A stretch of 28,037 nt of DNA from Deltaproteobacteria bacterium (GCA_032128375.1 JAQBGU010000101.1:1-28037), one strand, 5' to 3'; counted from the stretch's first letter, positions 19,087 to 27,651 are shown. The notes: generated by a model from the letters alone, not told the origin. Numbers and translations are program-made.

Positions 19087-19865
19087 CGCGTCCCGAGCAC
19101 CTGAAGGCGCGGAGCACGCTCTTCCAGTACGGGTTTGCGAAATACTGCCAGCAACACTTTTCCGCCGAGCAATGCACCCATCGTGAGCGTGTGCTCAGCG
19201 AACAGGTCTCGTCGATACGAATCGCTGAGGAAAGGTCGAAAGCACCGGATCGCGAGCGCAAGAGGGGCCAATGCGAACTGTCGCGGCTTGCGCAGGGCTG
19301 TCGTCGAACGGACCAGGTCGAGACCGGTCGTTTCGGCAATGTACGCCATCCGAATCAGTGTCAGTGGGTTGATGTGACCCTGGCCCGACTTGTCCTTGGG
19401 CGCGCCGCCGCTGCTGCGTGCGAGCGGCTTGGTGATCGAGCCCGACCACAGGAATTTCAGACGCCGCTCGAGATTGAGGTAGTTGGGGGTGGCCACCACG
19501 AGTGTTCCACCGTCGGCGAGAACGCGGGAAAATTCGCGAAACAACGAAAACGGGTTCTCGAGGTGCTCGATCCCGTCGCCGCAGACCACCAGGTCGAACG
19601 CGCCGTCACCGAATGGAAAAACGGCATCGAGATCCATCGCGAAAAACGGAATGTCGGTCGGAATAAATCCGTCCGCGATCAGATCTCCGGCTGTTACTTC
19701 GTGGCCAAGTCTGCGAAGCGCCTCAGAAAGCAGGCCGGGACCACATGGCGCATCGAGTGCGCGGCCGCGAGGCAGATCCCCGATCAATTCCAACAGTACC
19801 TCGTAGGACCCTTGCCGGCTGTGCTGGGGGATCGGAATGTCCGCGAGAAGTCGGGTGTAATCCAT
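18870..19865 (-). CDS. Class I SAM-dependent methyltransferase (type often found in envelope-polysaccharide loci)
   Basis: ALDAPCGPG (motif I), FPFGDGAFDLVVCGDGIEHLENP, RVLADGGTLVVATPN, GHINP. Start placed at ATG 19865. The C-terminal tail is probably read-through. Confidence 0.85.
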   Translation of the reverse strand: MDYTRLLADIPIPQHSRQGSYEVLLELIGDLPRGRALDAPCGPGLLSEALRRLGHEVTAGDLIADGFIPTDIPFFAMDLDAVFPFGDGAFDLVVCGDGIEHLENPFSLFREFSRVLADGGTLVVATPNYLNLERRLKFLWSGSITKPLARSSGGAPKDKSGQGHINPLTLIRMAYIAETTGLDLVRSTTALRKPRQFALAPLALAIRCFRPFLSDSYRRDLFAEHTLTMGALLGGKVLLAVFRKPVLEERAPRLQVLGTRALVQPESSVEKKLPTHAPVRQPARSNTSDTSFASVAHVNTAVVNTVSGRIGAQSRRVRWQRHRRGCDRRLE

Positions 19866-20101
19866 TTGGTGGCGGCTGTCGGCCATCCGTACAGGGCATG
19901 GCTGAAGGGTACGCGCGGTTGTCTGCGACATTCAACTGGCAAAAGCCCCGACCCTGGATGGGACCCGGCGAAAGCTCGAGCGGGTTGAGACAAACCCGTA
20001 CGTGGACGATGAGAAGTCTGGACGAAAACGGTGTGTTAGAATGACCTCGGCGACCCACTGCGTCACGCCGGGCAGGCATTCAGAGGCGTTGCGCCGCTGT
20101 A

Positions 20102-20165
20102 GTCGCAATATTGGTGTCGCAATAACACAGTCGCAATAACCCAATCGCAATAACGCAATCGCAAT
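20102..20165 (+). repeat. Five copies of RTCGCAAT at a 14-bp period directly upstream of the RBS of the 20186 gene
   Basis: gtcgcaatattggt gtcgcaataacaca gtcgcaataaccca atcgcaataacgca atcgcaat. Confidence 0.85.
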
Positions 20166-20185
20166 CGATATGGAGTGAGCGAGCG

Positions 20186-20737
20186 ATGAAGACCCGGCGC
20201 GGTCGGCTCCCGATGTTCGCTCTGGTAACAGCGCTGGTCTCGGTGCCCCTTCATTCCGCGCAGACCCAGCCACCACAATCCATCAGGCCGAGCGCCAGCG
20301 CGATCGGCGAGAGGCTGCTGCGCTCGTGGCAGGACCGGGTAAAGATCCACGGTCGCGACCAGATGCGGACCGTCGAAGTCGTTTACGACTACGCCGCCGC
20401 CGTGGCGTTGCGCCGCACATACGACGCCGATGGTGTGCTGCTGTTCGAGCAGGTTCTCGGATCTCAGCCGCAACCGTCCCGAGAAGAGATCGAGGATGCA
20501 TTCGCGATGGTGAGCAACGACGCGGCATTGGGTGCCGTGTCTCGCATGGCCGGCGCCCAACTCGATGGCGGATTCATCCTCGACGAGGCAGAAGGTGAGC
20601 CGTGCGGTCCGGGTACGCGATGTATTCAGGTCTTCATGCTGTCGCAGTCTCGCTGGGGCTTGATTCGCCACTCCGCAGTCGATGTCGGCAACCGACGCAT
20701 CGCCCACCGGAGCTTTCGAAGCGGCCTGACGCAATAG
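20186..20737 (+). CDS. Secreted hypothetical protein, possibly a free-standing copper amine oxidase N-terminal (N2/N3-like) domain
   Basis: SD ggag, signal peptide-like N-terminus, QPQPSREEIEDAFAMVSND and a C-x5-C pair. Its stop is 2 bp before the next gene. Confidence 0.7.
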   Translation: MKTRRGRLPMFALVTALVSVPLHSAQTQPPQSIRPSASAIGERLLRSWQDRVKIHGRDQMRTVEVVYDYAAAVALRRTYDADGVLLFEQVLGSQPQPSREEIEDAFAMVSNDAALGAVSRMAGAQLDGGFILDEAEGEPCGPGTRCIQVFMLSQSRWGLIRHSAVDVGNRRIAHRSFRSGLTQ

Positions 20738-20739
20738 TC

Positions 20740-22488
20740 GTGATCGCGAATCGACGATCGGGCTTCGTGGCTCTCGGTGCGATCGCAGTGTTGCTCGCAT
20801 GTTGGATGCCGGCGAAACGCGCAGCCGCCGGGCAACCCGACTGCACCGGCGACGAGAATCTGATCAGTTGGCCCGACCCCGACCCGTTGTGGGAAATGTG
20901 TTGGCTGCGACCCAGCAACAGCAGCGGTGGAAACGGTTCGGGTCTCGAGTTGCGCGATGTGTACTACCGCGGCCAGCTCGTGCTCAAGCGAGCCCACGCG
21001 CCGATTCTCGCAGTGAAGTATCTGCCCGGTGGCTGCGGTTGCTTCCGGGACTGGAGCTACGAAGAGCGCGTCTTCGATGCCGACAACCAGATCGTTCCGG
21101 GCTATTCCGAGCCGACATCTCCCCCCATCACGGTCTGCGATACCGGCGGTACGGGAGGCGACGTAGGGAGCTTCGAAGGTGTCGCGGCTGAAAAGAACCC
21201 GGGCGCGCTGGTGCTCACCACCCAGATGGCAGCGGGTTGGTACCGCTACAAGCAGGCCTGGACTTTCTTTACCGATGGAACGATCTGGCCGTTCTTCGGT
21301 TATGCGACGCTCCCGGCGATGTGCGTCACCCACACCCATCACCACCACAACTTCTGGCGGTTCGATTTCGACATCAACGGTTCCAGGCACGACGGCATCA
21401 TCGAGGTCAACAACGGGATGGCGCCGCTGACCATCCAGACGGAGACCACAAGAAATTGGATCGACGCAGACACCGCTTGGGAAATTTCGGATACCCAAAC
21501 GGGATTGGGTTATCGCGTCGTGCCGGGCGGCGGCGACAACAGTGAAGACCTTTCGATGCCGGTTGGCGATTTCGGTGAAGCCGACGCGTGGATTCTCAAG
21601 TACCAGCCTGGCGCAGAACTCGACGACCTCGATATCGCGGCCGGCGGAGCACAATTCGCCGCTTGCAAGAGCCGCATGGCTGCCTACGCGGATGGCGAGA
21701 GCGTCGCTGATACCGACCTCGTGGTGTGGTATCGCGGTGCGGCCGAACATCTCGGAGCCGACATCGACGCCTGTGAACGGACTGGCCCGGCGCTCGAGCC
21801 CATCGGCGATTGGGTGGACAGCGACGCCGACAGCATCGAGAACCAGGACGACAACTGCCCGTTCGTCGCAAACCTTGGCCAAGAAGAGACGACCGACGTC
21901 GACGGGATCGGCGACGCCTGTGACAACTGCGCTTCGACGGTCAACCCAGACCAGTTCGATCTCGACGAGGACGGACTCGGAGATCTCTGTGATACGGACC
22001 GCGATGGCGACGCTGTGGACAACGCCGCGGACAACTGCCCCGATGACGCGAACGCGGGACAGGAGGATCTGGATCTCGACTTGCTCGGAGATGTTTGCGA
22101 CCCCGATCGGGATGACGACGGTATCGCGAACGAGACCGACAACTGCCCGGATTTCGCGAGTCCCATCACGACAGACTTCGAAGCTGACGGTATCGGAGAT
22201 GTCTGCGACCCCGACGACGATAACGACGGACTCGATGACGTCGTCGAGACGAACACCGGAACCTATGTGTCCCCGACCGATACGGGTACGGACCCCTTCA
22301 ACGCCGACACCGACGGTGATGGGGCCGGGGACGGCTTCGAGGTGCAGTTCGGCAGCGATCCGAACGATCCGAACGACACGGTGATGGGCATACCCGCCCT
22401 CGGACAGCTCGGTCTGGCCATCATGAGCTTGCTGCTGCTGGGCGCGACACTGTGGTGGATCGACAACCGCCGCCACGCCGGCAGCTGA
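20740..22488 (+). CDS. Copper amine oxidase catalytic-domain-like protein with TSP type-3 repeats and IPTL-CTERM anchor
   Basis: GLELRDVYYRG, TTQMAAGWYRYKQAWTFFTDGTI, HTHHHHNFWRFDFDING, DLVVWYRGAAEH. These are followed by DxDxDGxGDxCD/DNCP repeats and IPALGQLGL + TM + RR. GTG start at 20740. Confidence 0.75.
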   Translation: MIANRRSGFVALGAIAVLLACWMPAKRAAAGQPDCTGDENLISWPDPDPLWEMCWLRPSNSSGGNGSGLELRDVYYRGQLVLKRAHAPILAVKYLPGGCGCFRDWSYEERVFDADNQIVPGYSEPTSPPITVCDTGGTGGDVGSFEGVAAEKNPGALVLTTQMAAGWYRYKQAWTFFTDGTIWPFFGYATLPAMCVTHTHHHHNFWRFDFDINGSRHDGIIEVNNGMAPLTIQTETTRNWIDADTAWEISDTQTGLGYRVVPGGGDNSEDLSMPVGDFGEADAWILKYQPGAELDDLDIAAGGAQFAACKSRMAAYADGESVADTDLVVWYRGAAEHLGADIDACERTGPALEPIGDWVDSDADSIENQDDNCPFVANLGQEETTDVDGIGDACDNCASTVNPDQFDLDEDGLGDLCDTDRDGDAVDNAADNCPDDANAGQEDLDLDLLGDVCDPDRDDDGIANETDNCPDFASPITTDFEADGIGDVCDPDDDNDGLDDVVETNTGTYVSPTDTGTDPFNADTDGDGAGDGFEVQFGSDPNDPNDTVMGIPALGQLGLAIMSLLLLGATLWWIDNRRHAGS

Positions 22489-22560
22489 CGCCCGAGTGCC
22501 ACGGCGCTGTGTATCCCTCACTTCGAGCGAGAACTCTGGCGTCGTAGTGTGCGTGTGGCC

Positions 22561-22949
22561 GGTTGCCGGGCTACTCGCCGGGGCGTGAGAACTTTCGGGC
22601 TAATCGCCGGGCAGTAAGAACTGCCGGGGTAGTCGCCGGGCAGAAGAACTGCCGGGGTAGTTGCGGGCAGAAGAACTGCCGGGGTAGTCGCGGGCAGTAA
22701 GAACTGCCGGGGTAATCGCCGGCAGAAGAACTGCCGGGGTAGTCGCCGGGCAGAAGAACTGCCGGGGTAGTCGCGGGCAGAAGAACTGCCGGGGTAGTCG
22801 CGGGCAGAAGAACTGCCGGGGTAATCGCCGGCAGAAGAACTGCCGGGGTAATCGCCGGCAGAAGAACTGCCGGGCTAATCGCCCGGCAGAAGAACTGCCG
22901 GGCTAATCGCCCGGCAGAAGAACTGCCGGGCTAATCGCCCGGCAGTTCT
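22561..22949. repeat. Tandem array of about 14 hairpin units of 27-29 bp (12 well conserved), without spacers
   Basis: Unit gaactgccggg(g/c)ta(g/a)tcg..ggcagaa from 22618 to 22948, plus two degenerate units at 22561-22617. Confidence 0.95.
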
Positions 22950-24664
22950 GGAGCGGCCTGGGGGCCGCGAATCAGTTTTCCGGGACGCGCGTCGGTGCTG
23001 ACGCCCCTTTTGAAGATGATCTCGCCGGACTTCAGCGTGTACTCGTAGCCGTCGACCTTCTGAACCAGTCGTCTTCCTTCAGCTGGCAGGTCGTAGACCA
23101 TCTCCGGCGGGTGGATATGAAGCCGATCGAAGTCGATCACGTTCACGTCGGCCAGCATGCCCGGCGCAATCACGCCGCGGTCTTCGAGTCCGTAGAATGC
23201 CGCAGTGCGCTGGGTCTGCTGCTGGACGAGTAGTTCGAGCGCGATCTTCTCTCCGCGTTTTCGGTCGCGGGCCCAGTGCGTCAGCAGATAGGTCGGCACA
23301 CTCGCGTCGCAGATCAAACCGCAGTGCGCACCCCCATCGGACAGGCTGAAGACCGACAGCGGATGCAACATCATTTCGCGAACCGCCTCGAGGTCTCCTC
23401 CCGAGTAGCCGAGCAACGGCAGATAGATGACTCCCTTGCCGCCTCGTTCCAGCAGCAGGTCGTAGGCGACATCCACCGGACGACGGCCTTCGCGCTCCGC
23501 GATGGCCGCAAGGCTTTGGTCTCTTGCCGGTTCGTATTCGACCGGGTCGCCGAGCCGGAACATACGTCCCCAACCATTGACGATCAGACCCACCGGGCCC
23601 GGCAGCGCAGAAAGGTCCGGAGCACTGTCGATGATCTCGGCGCGCACGAGTGGGTCACGCATCTTTTCGACGCGCTCAGCGATGGGAAGCGCAGCGATCT
23701 TCTGGTAGCCCGGATGAAACAGGAACGGATGAGCCGAACTCTCGAGGCCCAACAGCAGGCCGGCGGGTCGCTGCGCGACCTGGGGGGTGAGCCGACCTCC
23801 GGCCTTGGCGTCGTCTTCGCAGGCCTTCAACAGGCGTTTCCACTGGTCCGGATCCAGATCGTTTTGCAAGCACGCAAACGAGACCGGCAGACCGGTTTCC
23901 TGGGTGATCGTGCGCATCCAATCGAGTTCGGCCTCTTCGGGAGCAAGATCGCTGGCGACCTCGAACACGCCGTGACCCACTTCACCCATGGCGCGACCGA
24001 TACCGATGACTTCTTCACGGTCCGCGGTGGTGCCTGGGACGAGTTCGCCGTCCTTCGCGCGGTGAAGGATCGTTCGCGAGGTAGAAAAACCCAGCGCGCC
24101 GGCCCGCAGTCCTTCCCGAACCAGCGCCGCCATTCCTTCGACATCTTCGGGTGTAGCCTTTTCGTTCTTGGCTCCCCGTTCGCCCATCACATAGGCGCGG
24201 ATCGCGCCGTGGGGCACCTGTGTCCCCACGTCGATCGCGAGCGGCTTGCGATCCAACGCGTCGAGATACTCTGGGAAGGTTTCCCATTCCCAGCTCATCC
24301 CTTCGGACAATGCAGCCCCCGGAATATCCTCGACACCCTCCATCAACTGAATCAAGAACTGCTGCTTGCCGGGTCGAACCGGCGCGAAACCCACGCCGCA
24401 GTTGCCCATCACGACCGTCGTCACACCATTCCAACCCGACGGTGTCAAATGCGGATCCCAGGTGACCTGCCCATCGTAGTGGGTGTGAATGTCGACCCAA
24501 CCCGGCGCGACCAACAAGCCGGTGGCATCGATCTCACGCCGGCAGGGTCCGAGATCCGTCCCGACCGCGGAAATTCGATCGGCATCGATGGCAACATCGC
24601 ACCTGCGCGCCGCGCTTCCGGTGCCGTCGACGAGGGTTCCGCCTCGGATGATCAGATCGTGCAT
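22931..24664 (-). CDS. N-acyl-D-amino-acid deacylase family amidohydrolase
   Basis: LIIRGGTLVDGTG, APGWVDIHTHYDGQ, GVTTVVMGNCGVGFAP, SDGGAH, DRGVIAPGMLADVNVID. SD ggagg precedes ATG 24664. Confidence 0.92.
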   Translation of the reverse strand: MHDLIIRGGTLVDGTGSAARRCDVAIDADRISAVGTDLGPCRREIDATGLLVAPGWVDIHTHYDGQVTWDPHLTPSGWNGVTTVVMGNCGVGFAPVRPGKQQFLIQLMEGVEDIPGAALSEGMSWEWETFPEYLDALDRKPLAIDVGTQVPHGAIRAYVMGERGAKNEKATPEDVEGMAALVREGLRAGALGFSTSRTILHRAKDGELVPGTTADREEVIGIGRAMGEVGHGVFEVASDLAPEEAELDWMRTITQETGLPVSFACLQNDLDPDQWKRLLKACEDDAKAGGRLTPQVAQRPAGLLLGLESSAHPFLFHPGYQKIAALPIAERVEKMRDPLVRAEIIDSAPDLSALPGPVGLIVNGWGRMFRLGDPVEYEPARDQSLAAIAEREGRRPVDVAYDLLLERGGKGVIYLPLLGYSGGDLEAVREMMLHPLSVFSLSDGGAHCGLICDASVPTYLLTHWARDRKRGEKIALELLVQQQTQRTAAFYGLEDRGVIAPGMLADVNVIDFDRLHIHPPEMVYDLPAEGRRLVQKVDGYEYTLKSGEIIFKRGVSTDARPGKLIRGPQAAPELPGD

Positions 24665-24742
24665 GGGGCCTCCAAAGAGTTCAGATCCAGGGGTAATTGT
24701 CAGTCCGCCTGCCACTAGTATCACACAGACGAGCGCGCCGCA

Positions 24743-25972
24743 TCAGCCGCGGACGCGCGCGTAGAGCCAGAGCGCCGGGCTCAGAACCAGCCCCGAGGTC
24801 ACCAGCGCAGCGCGCAGCGAGAACGCCGTGCCGATCGCTCCGACTGCCGGACCGCCCACGATCTGGCCGAGCGCGTCCATCTGACTGCTGATCGAAATGA
24901 CCGTTGCACGCGAGCGCGAATCGAGGCTCTGGTTGAGCCAGGTTCGGTAGATCGGGCCGGCGCTGGAGCGCGCCATGCCGGCAAACCAGCAGCACGCGAC
25001 CGCAAGTGCAAATTCCCCCGCGAGCGCAAAGCCGATGGTCCCGAGGATCTCGATCGCAGAGATCGCGAACAGCGCGGAACTGGCCTGGCGCGGGTTGCTC
25101 GGGTCGACCACACGCCTGGCGATCGTTGTGCCGACGATCCCGAGCAGTAGCGAGATCGCGCGCAGCGAGCCCAACCACACGACGGGCTGCAGACTGCCGA
25201 ACTCCGGAAATGCGAAGTGGGTCAAGAGATGCGCTTCGCTCAGTCGATCGACCCCTTCGCTGTACATCCCCATGAAGCCAGCGATCGCCAACAGCACCAT
25301 CAAGACCGGACGGCCGCGCACCAGCTGCACGCCGCTCCCGAGCGTGCTCGCCAGCGCGCGCCACGAACGATTTTCGCCGCCTTCGGCGGAGCCCTCGGCG
25401 GAACGCTGGCTCTTGGGAAAGCCGTTTTCGGGCATCCACAAGAGCAGCAACACCCCATGGGCGAGGCCGGCAACGCCAGCAACGATGATCGGCAACGCAA
25501 GGCTCAACGTCGCCAAGCTCACGCCAACGCAGATTCCGAGCAGCGACGCGGCGTATCCGAGTTGCGCCGCCCGGAAGTAGGCCGGCCCCAGATTCTCTGG
25601 ACCGATCTCGTCGGCGAGCCACGCGTCGACGGCTCCGCTGATGAACGTGTAGGCGAACCCGTAGAGGAACGCACCGGCTGCGACCGAGTAGAAATGCGGG
25701 TACGCACCTGTGAGTAGCATCGAGAGGCCGCTGAGGAATACCCCGATGATGACGGACGCGCGTCGACTGTAGACATCGGCGATCACGCCAGTGGGGATCT
25801 CGAACAGGAAGGCGGCACTCTCCATCGCGGTTCCGAGGAGGACCAACTCCAGTGGGTTCAAGCCCACTTCGTTTACATAGTAGATGCCGGTCACAGTGAA
25901 CGCGGTAGCGTTCAGAAACGCAGTGGCGACGGCGAAGAAGTACCAGATCGATAGTGCGGGCTTTTTGGACAT
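24743..25972 (-). CDS. MFS transporter, TetA(P)-like subfamily
   Basis: LNPLELVLLGT..E...FLFEIPTGVIADVYSRR, FISGAVDAWLADE, SEGVDRL, WLNQ..DSRSRATV.S...Q.DALGQIVGGP, with about 12 TM segments. Confidence 0.88.
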   Translation of the reverse strand: MSKKPALSIWYFFAVATAFLNATAFTVTGIYYVNEVGLNPLELVLLGTAMESAAFLFEIPTGVIADVYSRRASVIIGVFLSGLSMLLTGAYPHFYSVAAGAFLYGFAYTFISGAVDAWLADEIGPENLGPAYFRAAQLGYAASLLGICVGVSLATLSLALPIIVAGVAGLAHGVLLLLWMPENGFPKSQRSAEGSAEGGENRSWRALASTLGSGVQLVRGRPVLMVLLAIAGFMGMYSEGVDRLSEAHLLTHFAFPEFGSLQPVVWLGSLRAISLLLGIVGTTIARRVVDPSNPRQASSALFAISAIEILGTIGFALAGEFALAVACCWFAGMARSSAGPIYRTWLNQSLDSRSRATVISISSQMDALGQIVGGPAVGAIGTAFSLRAALVTSGLVLSPALWLYARVRG

Positions 25973-26133
25973 CGACGAGCAAGGCTCCATCAAGACCGAC
26001 GCAGCCAGTTTCTGCCTTGTCGGTTCGGCTCAGGAGTGCTCGCGGGCGCAGCGCCGGCTGCGGCGTTGCGAAGTGATCTTGTGGACGGTGCAGCTCTTGC
26101 GTGTTGGAATCCGTTTGGATCCCCCGAATTCGA

Positions 26134-26196
26134 TCAGCTGGCGTCCGCGAGCATCGGGTGGCGGGTCGCGATGGACGGGGTGTTCGATGCCTTCAT
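26134..26196 (-). CDS. Candidate 20-aa small ORF MKASNTPSIATRHPMLADAS
   Basis: Perfect AGGAGG 5 nt upstream of ATG 26196, with TGA at 26134-26136. Confidence 0.3.
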   Translation of the reverse strand: MKASNTPSIATRHPMLADAS

Positions 26197-26255
26197 GGAC
26201 GCCTCCTGCGCTGCTCGTTCGAATGGGTTTGTTGACGATGACGGGCGCCATGCCA

Positions 26256-26300
26256 TGCCCAATGAGTTGCCCAATGTCATGCCCAATGTCATGCCCAATG
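26256..26300. repeat. Four copies of tgcccaatg at a 12-bp period
   Basis: Copies start at 26256, 26268, 26280 and 26292. Confidence 0.85.
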
Positions 26301-26384
26301 CCACAGCCAAGCCAACTCGGCTGGCGCGTACCGTAAGGCAATAGACACGATGGCGTCAAGTCGAATAATCGAGCGCGCCGGCTC

Positions 26385-27359
26385 TCATTTCGCCAGTGCT
26401 GGCAGCACTTTGTGCTGCACGATTTTCAGATGCCGCCACGCGATCTCGGGCGGCAGGCCGCCACACAACGGCTGCAAGAGCAGTATGCCGCCAGACTTCG
26501 CGTAATCGATGGCTTCGGCCGGACTGAAGACGCGATAGTTCCCGTTTTCTTCGCGCAGCTCAGCCACACTCGAAGCCGCCGATCCACTTGCCGCGGTGGC
26601 ATCACCCATCCACGCTCCATACATCTGTGCATCGTGCAGCAGGTAGGGACCGAGTTGCGACCAGGCCTGGTCGACGTCGTCCGCGACAAATGCACTGGTG
26701 GGCATGTCGGCCGGAGGGTTGATGAACAGGCCCGGTTGGGTTCCGTGTCGTTCGCATGCATCGCGATACAGCGGTTCGAGACCCGGCTCGCCTCCCTGCG
26801 CGATCATTCCCATCCCGAAACGCGCTGCACGCTCGACGACTCTGGGATTTCCGCCCCCCATCAACAGCGAAGGGCCACCCGGTGTAAGCGGAATCGGCGT
26901 TACACATACGCTTCGACCCTCGAATTCAAATGGCTCCCCGCGCCAGGCCGTTCGCATGGCTTCGATGCAGGTATCCATCCGGCGGCCGCGCGTCTTCATG
27001 TCGCGGCCGAACATCGCGTACTCCGACGGCCGATACCCGATCGCGCACACATACGAAACGCGCCCGCTCGAGACGATGTCCAACACAGCCATTTGCTCCG
27101 CCAGTTCGATCGGGTCGTGAAGCGGAACCAACAGCGCCGCGACCTGGATGCCAATGGTCCGCGTTCGACTGGCCAACGCGCTCGCGAGCACGATCGGAGC
27201 GGGCAGGTACCCGTCCGATGAACCGTGATGTTCTGATACCTGCATCTGCAAGCAACCGTTGCGCTCTCCCCATTCGGCCATCTCGAGCGCCGCGGCATAG
27301 AGTTCGCGGGTGGGGGCCCCGCTGCTGGGAGCGCGCATGTCGAATCGCATCGTGAACAT
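26385..27359 (-). CDS. LLM-class flavin-dependent oxidoreductase (luciferase-like)
   Basis: SEHHGSSDGYLPAP, LHDPIELAEQMAVLDIVSSGR, IGYRPSEY. SD ggag precedes ATG 27359. Confidence 0.92.
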   Translation of the reverse strand: MFTMRFDMRAPSSGAPTRELYAAALEMAEWGERNGCLQMQVSEHHGSSDGYLPAPIVLASALASRTRTIGIQVAALLVPLHDPIELAEQMAVLDIVSSGRVSYVCAIGYRPSEYAMFGRDMKTRGRRMDTCIEAMRTAWRGEPFEFEGRSVCVTPIPLTPGGPSLLMGGGNPRVVERAARFGMGMIAQGGEPGLEPLYRDACERHGTQPGLFINPPADMPTSAFVADDVDQAWSQLGPYLLHDAQMYGAWMGDATAASGSAASSVAELREENGNYRVFSPAEAIDYAKSGGILLLQPLCGGLPPEIAWRHLKIVQHKVLPALAK

Positions 27360-27651
27360 CGACTTCTCCGATTCGTGTGGTTTCGCTCGCGCCGCTCGAC
27401 TCTTGCCGCGCAACGGAAAAACAGCCACGAGCCCCGTGACGGTGCGACCCGATCTGCTCGCAGACCGAATGCCGGCACCGTAGCATCGGGAGCGGACCCG
27501 ATGAGATCGGAAGCCAACAGGGACCAGGCGGCTATCGGCGATCGATCGCGGACGACCCGCCGATCGCGCGATGCGATCACGTGCATTGCGGTCGCGTGGC
27601 TACTGCCCGGAGAGAATTCTCACGAAGAGTGCTGTGATACGTTTCGAGTCG

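Noticed and set aside
18201..19988. 595-aa plus-strand ORF
   Set aside because: A chimera of an off-frame DJ-1 region, parts of the sulfatase relic and the antisense of the methyltransferase.
20626..22521. 631-aa minus-strand ORF
   Set aside because: Antisense shadow of the motif-rich oxidase-like gene, which is typical of high-GC DNA.
22561..22949. CRISPR array
   Set aside because: The palindromic units abut directly with no unique spacers, there are no cas genes, and the last unit is part of a coding 3' end.
23276..24718. 480-aa plus-strand ORF
   Set aside because: Antisense shadow of the amidohydrolase gene.
26030..26359. 109-aa ORF with IGHD repeats and its overlapping MSCP/MPN counterparts
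   Set aside because: The peptide repeats simply reflect the 12-bp DNA repeat, and the rest is not protein-like.
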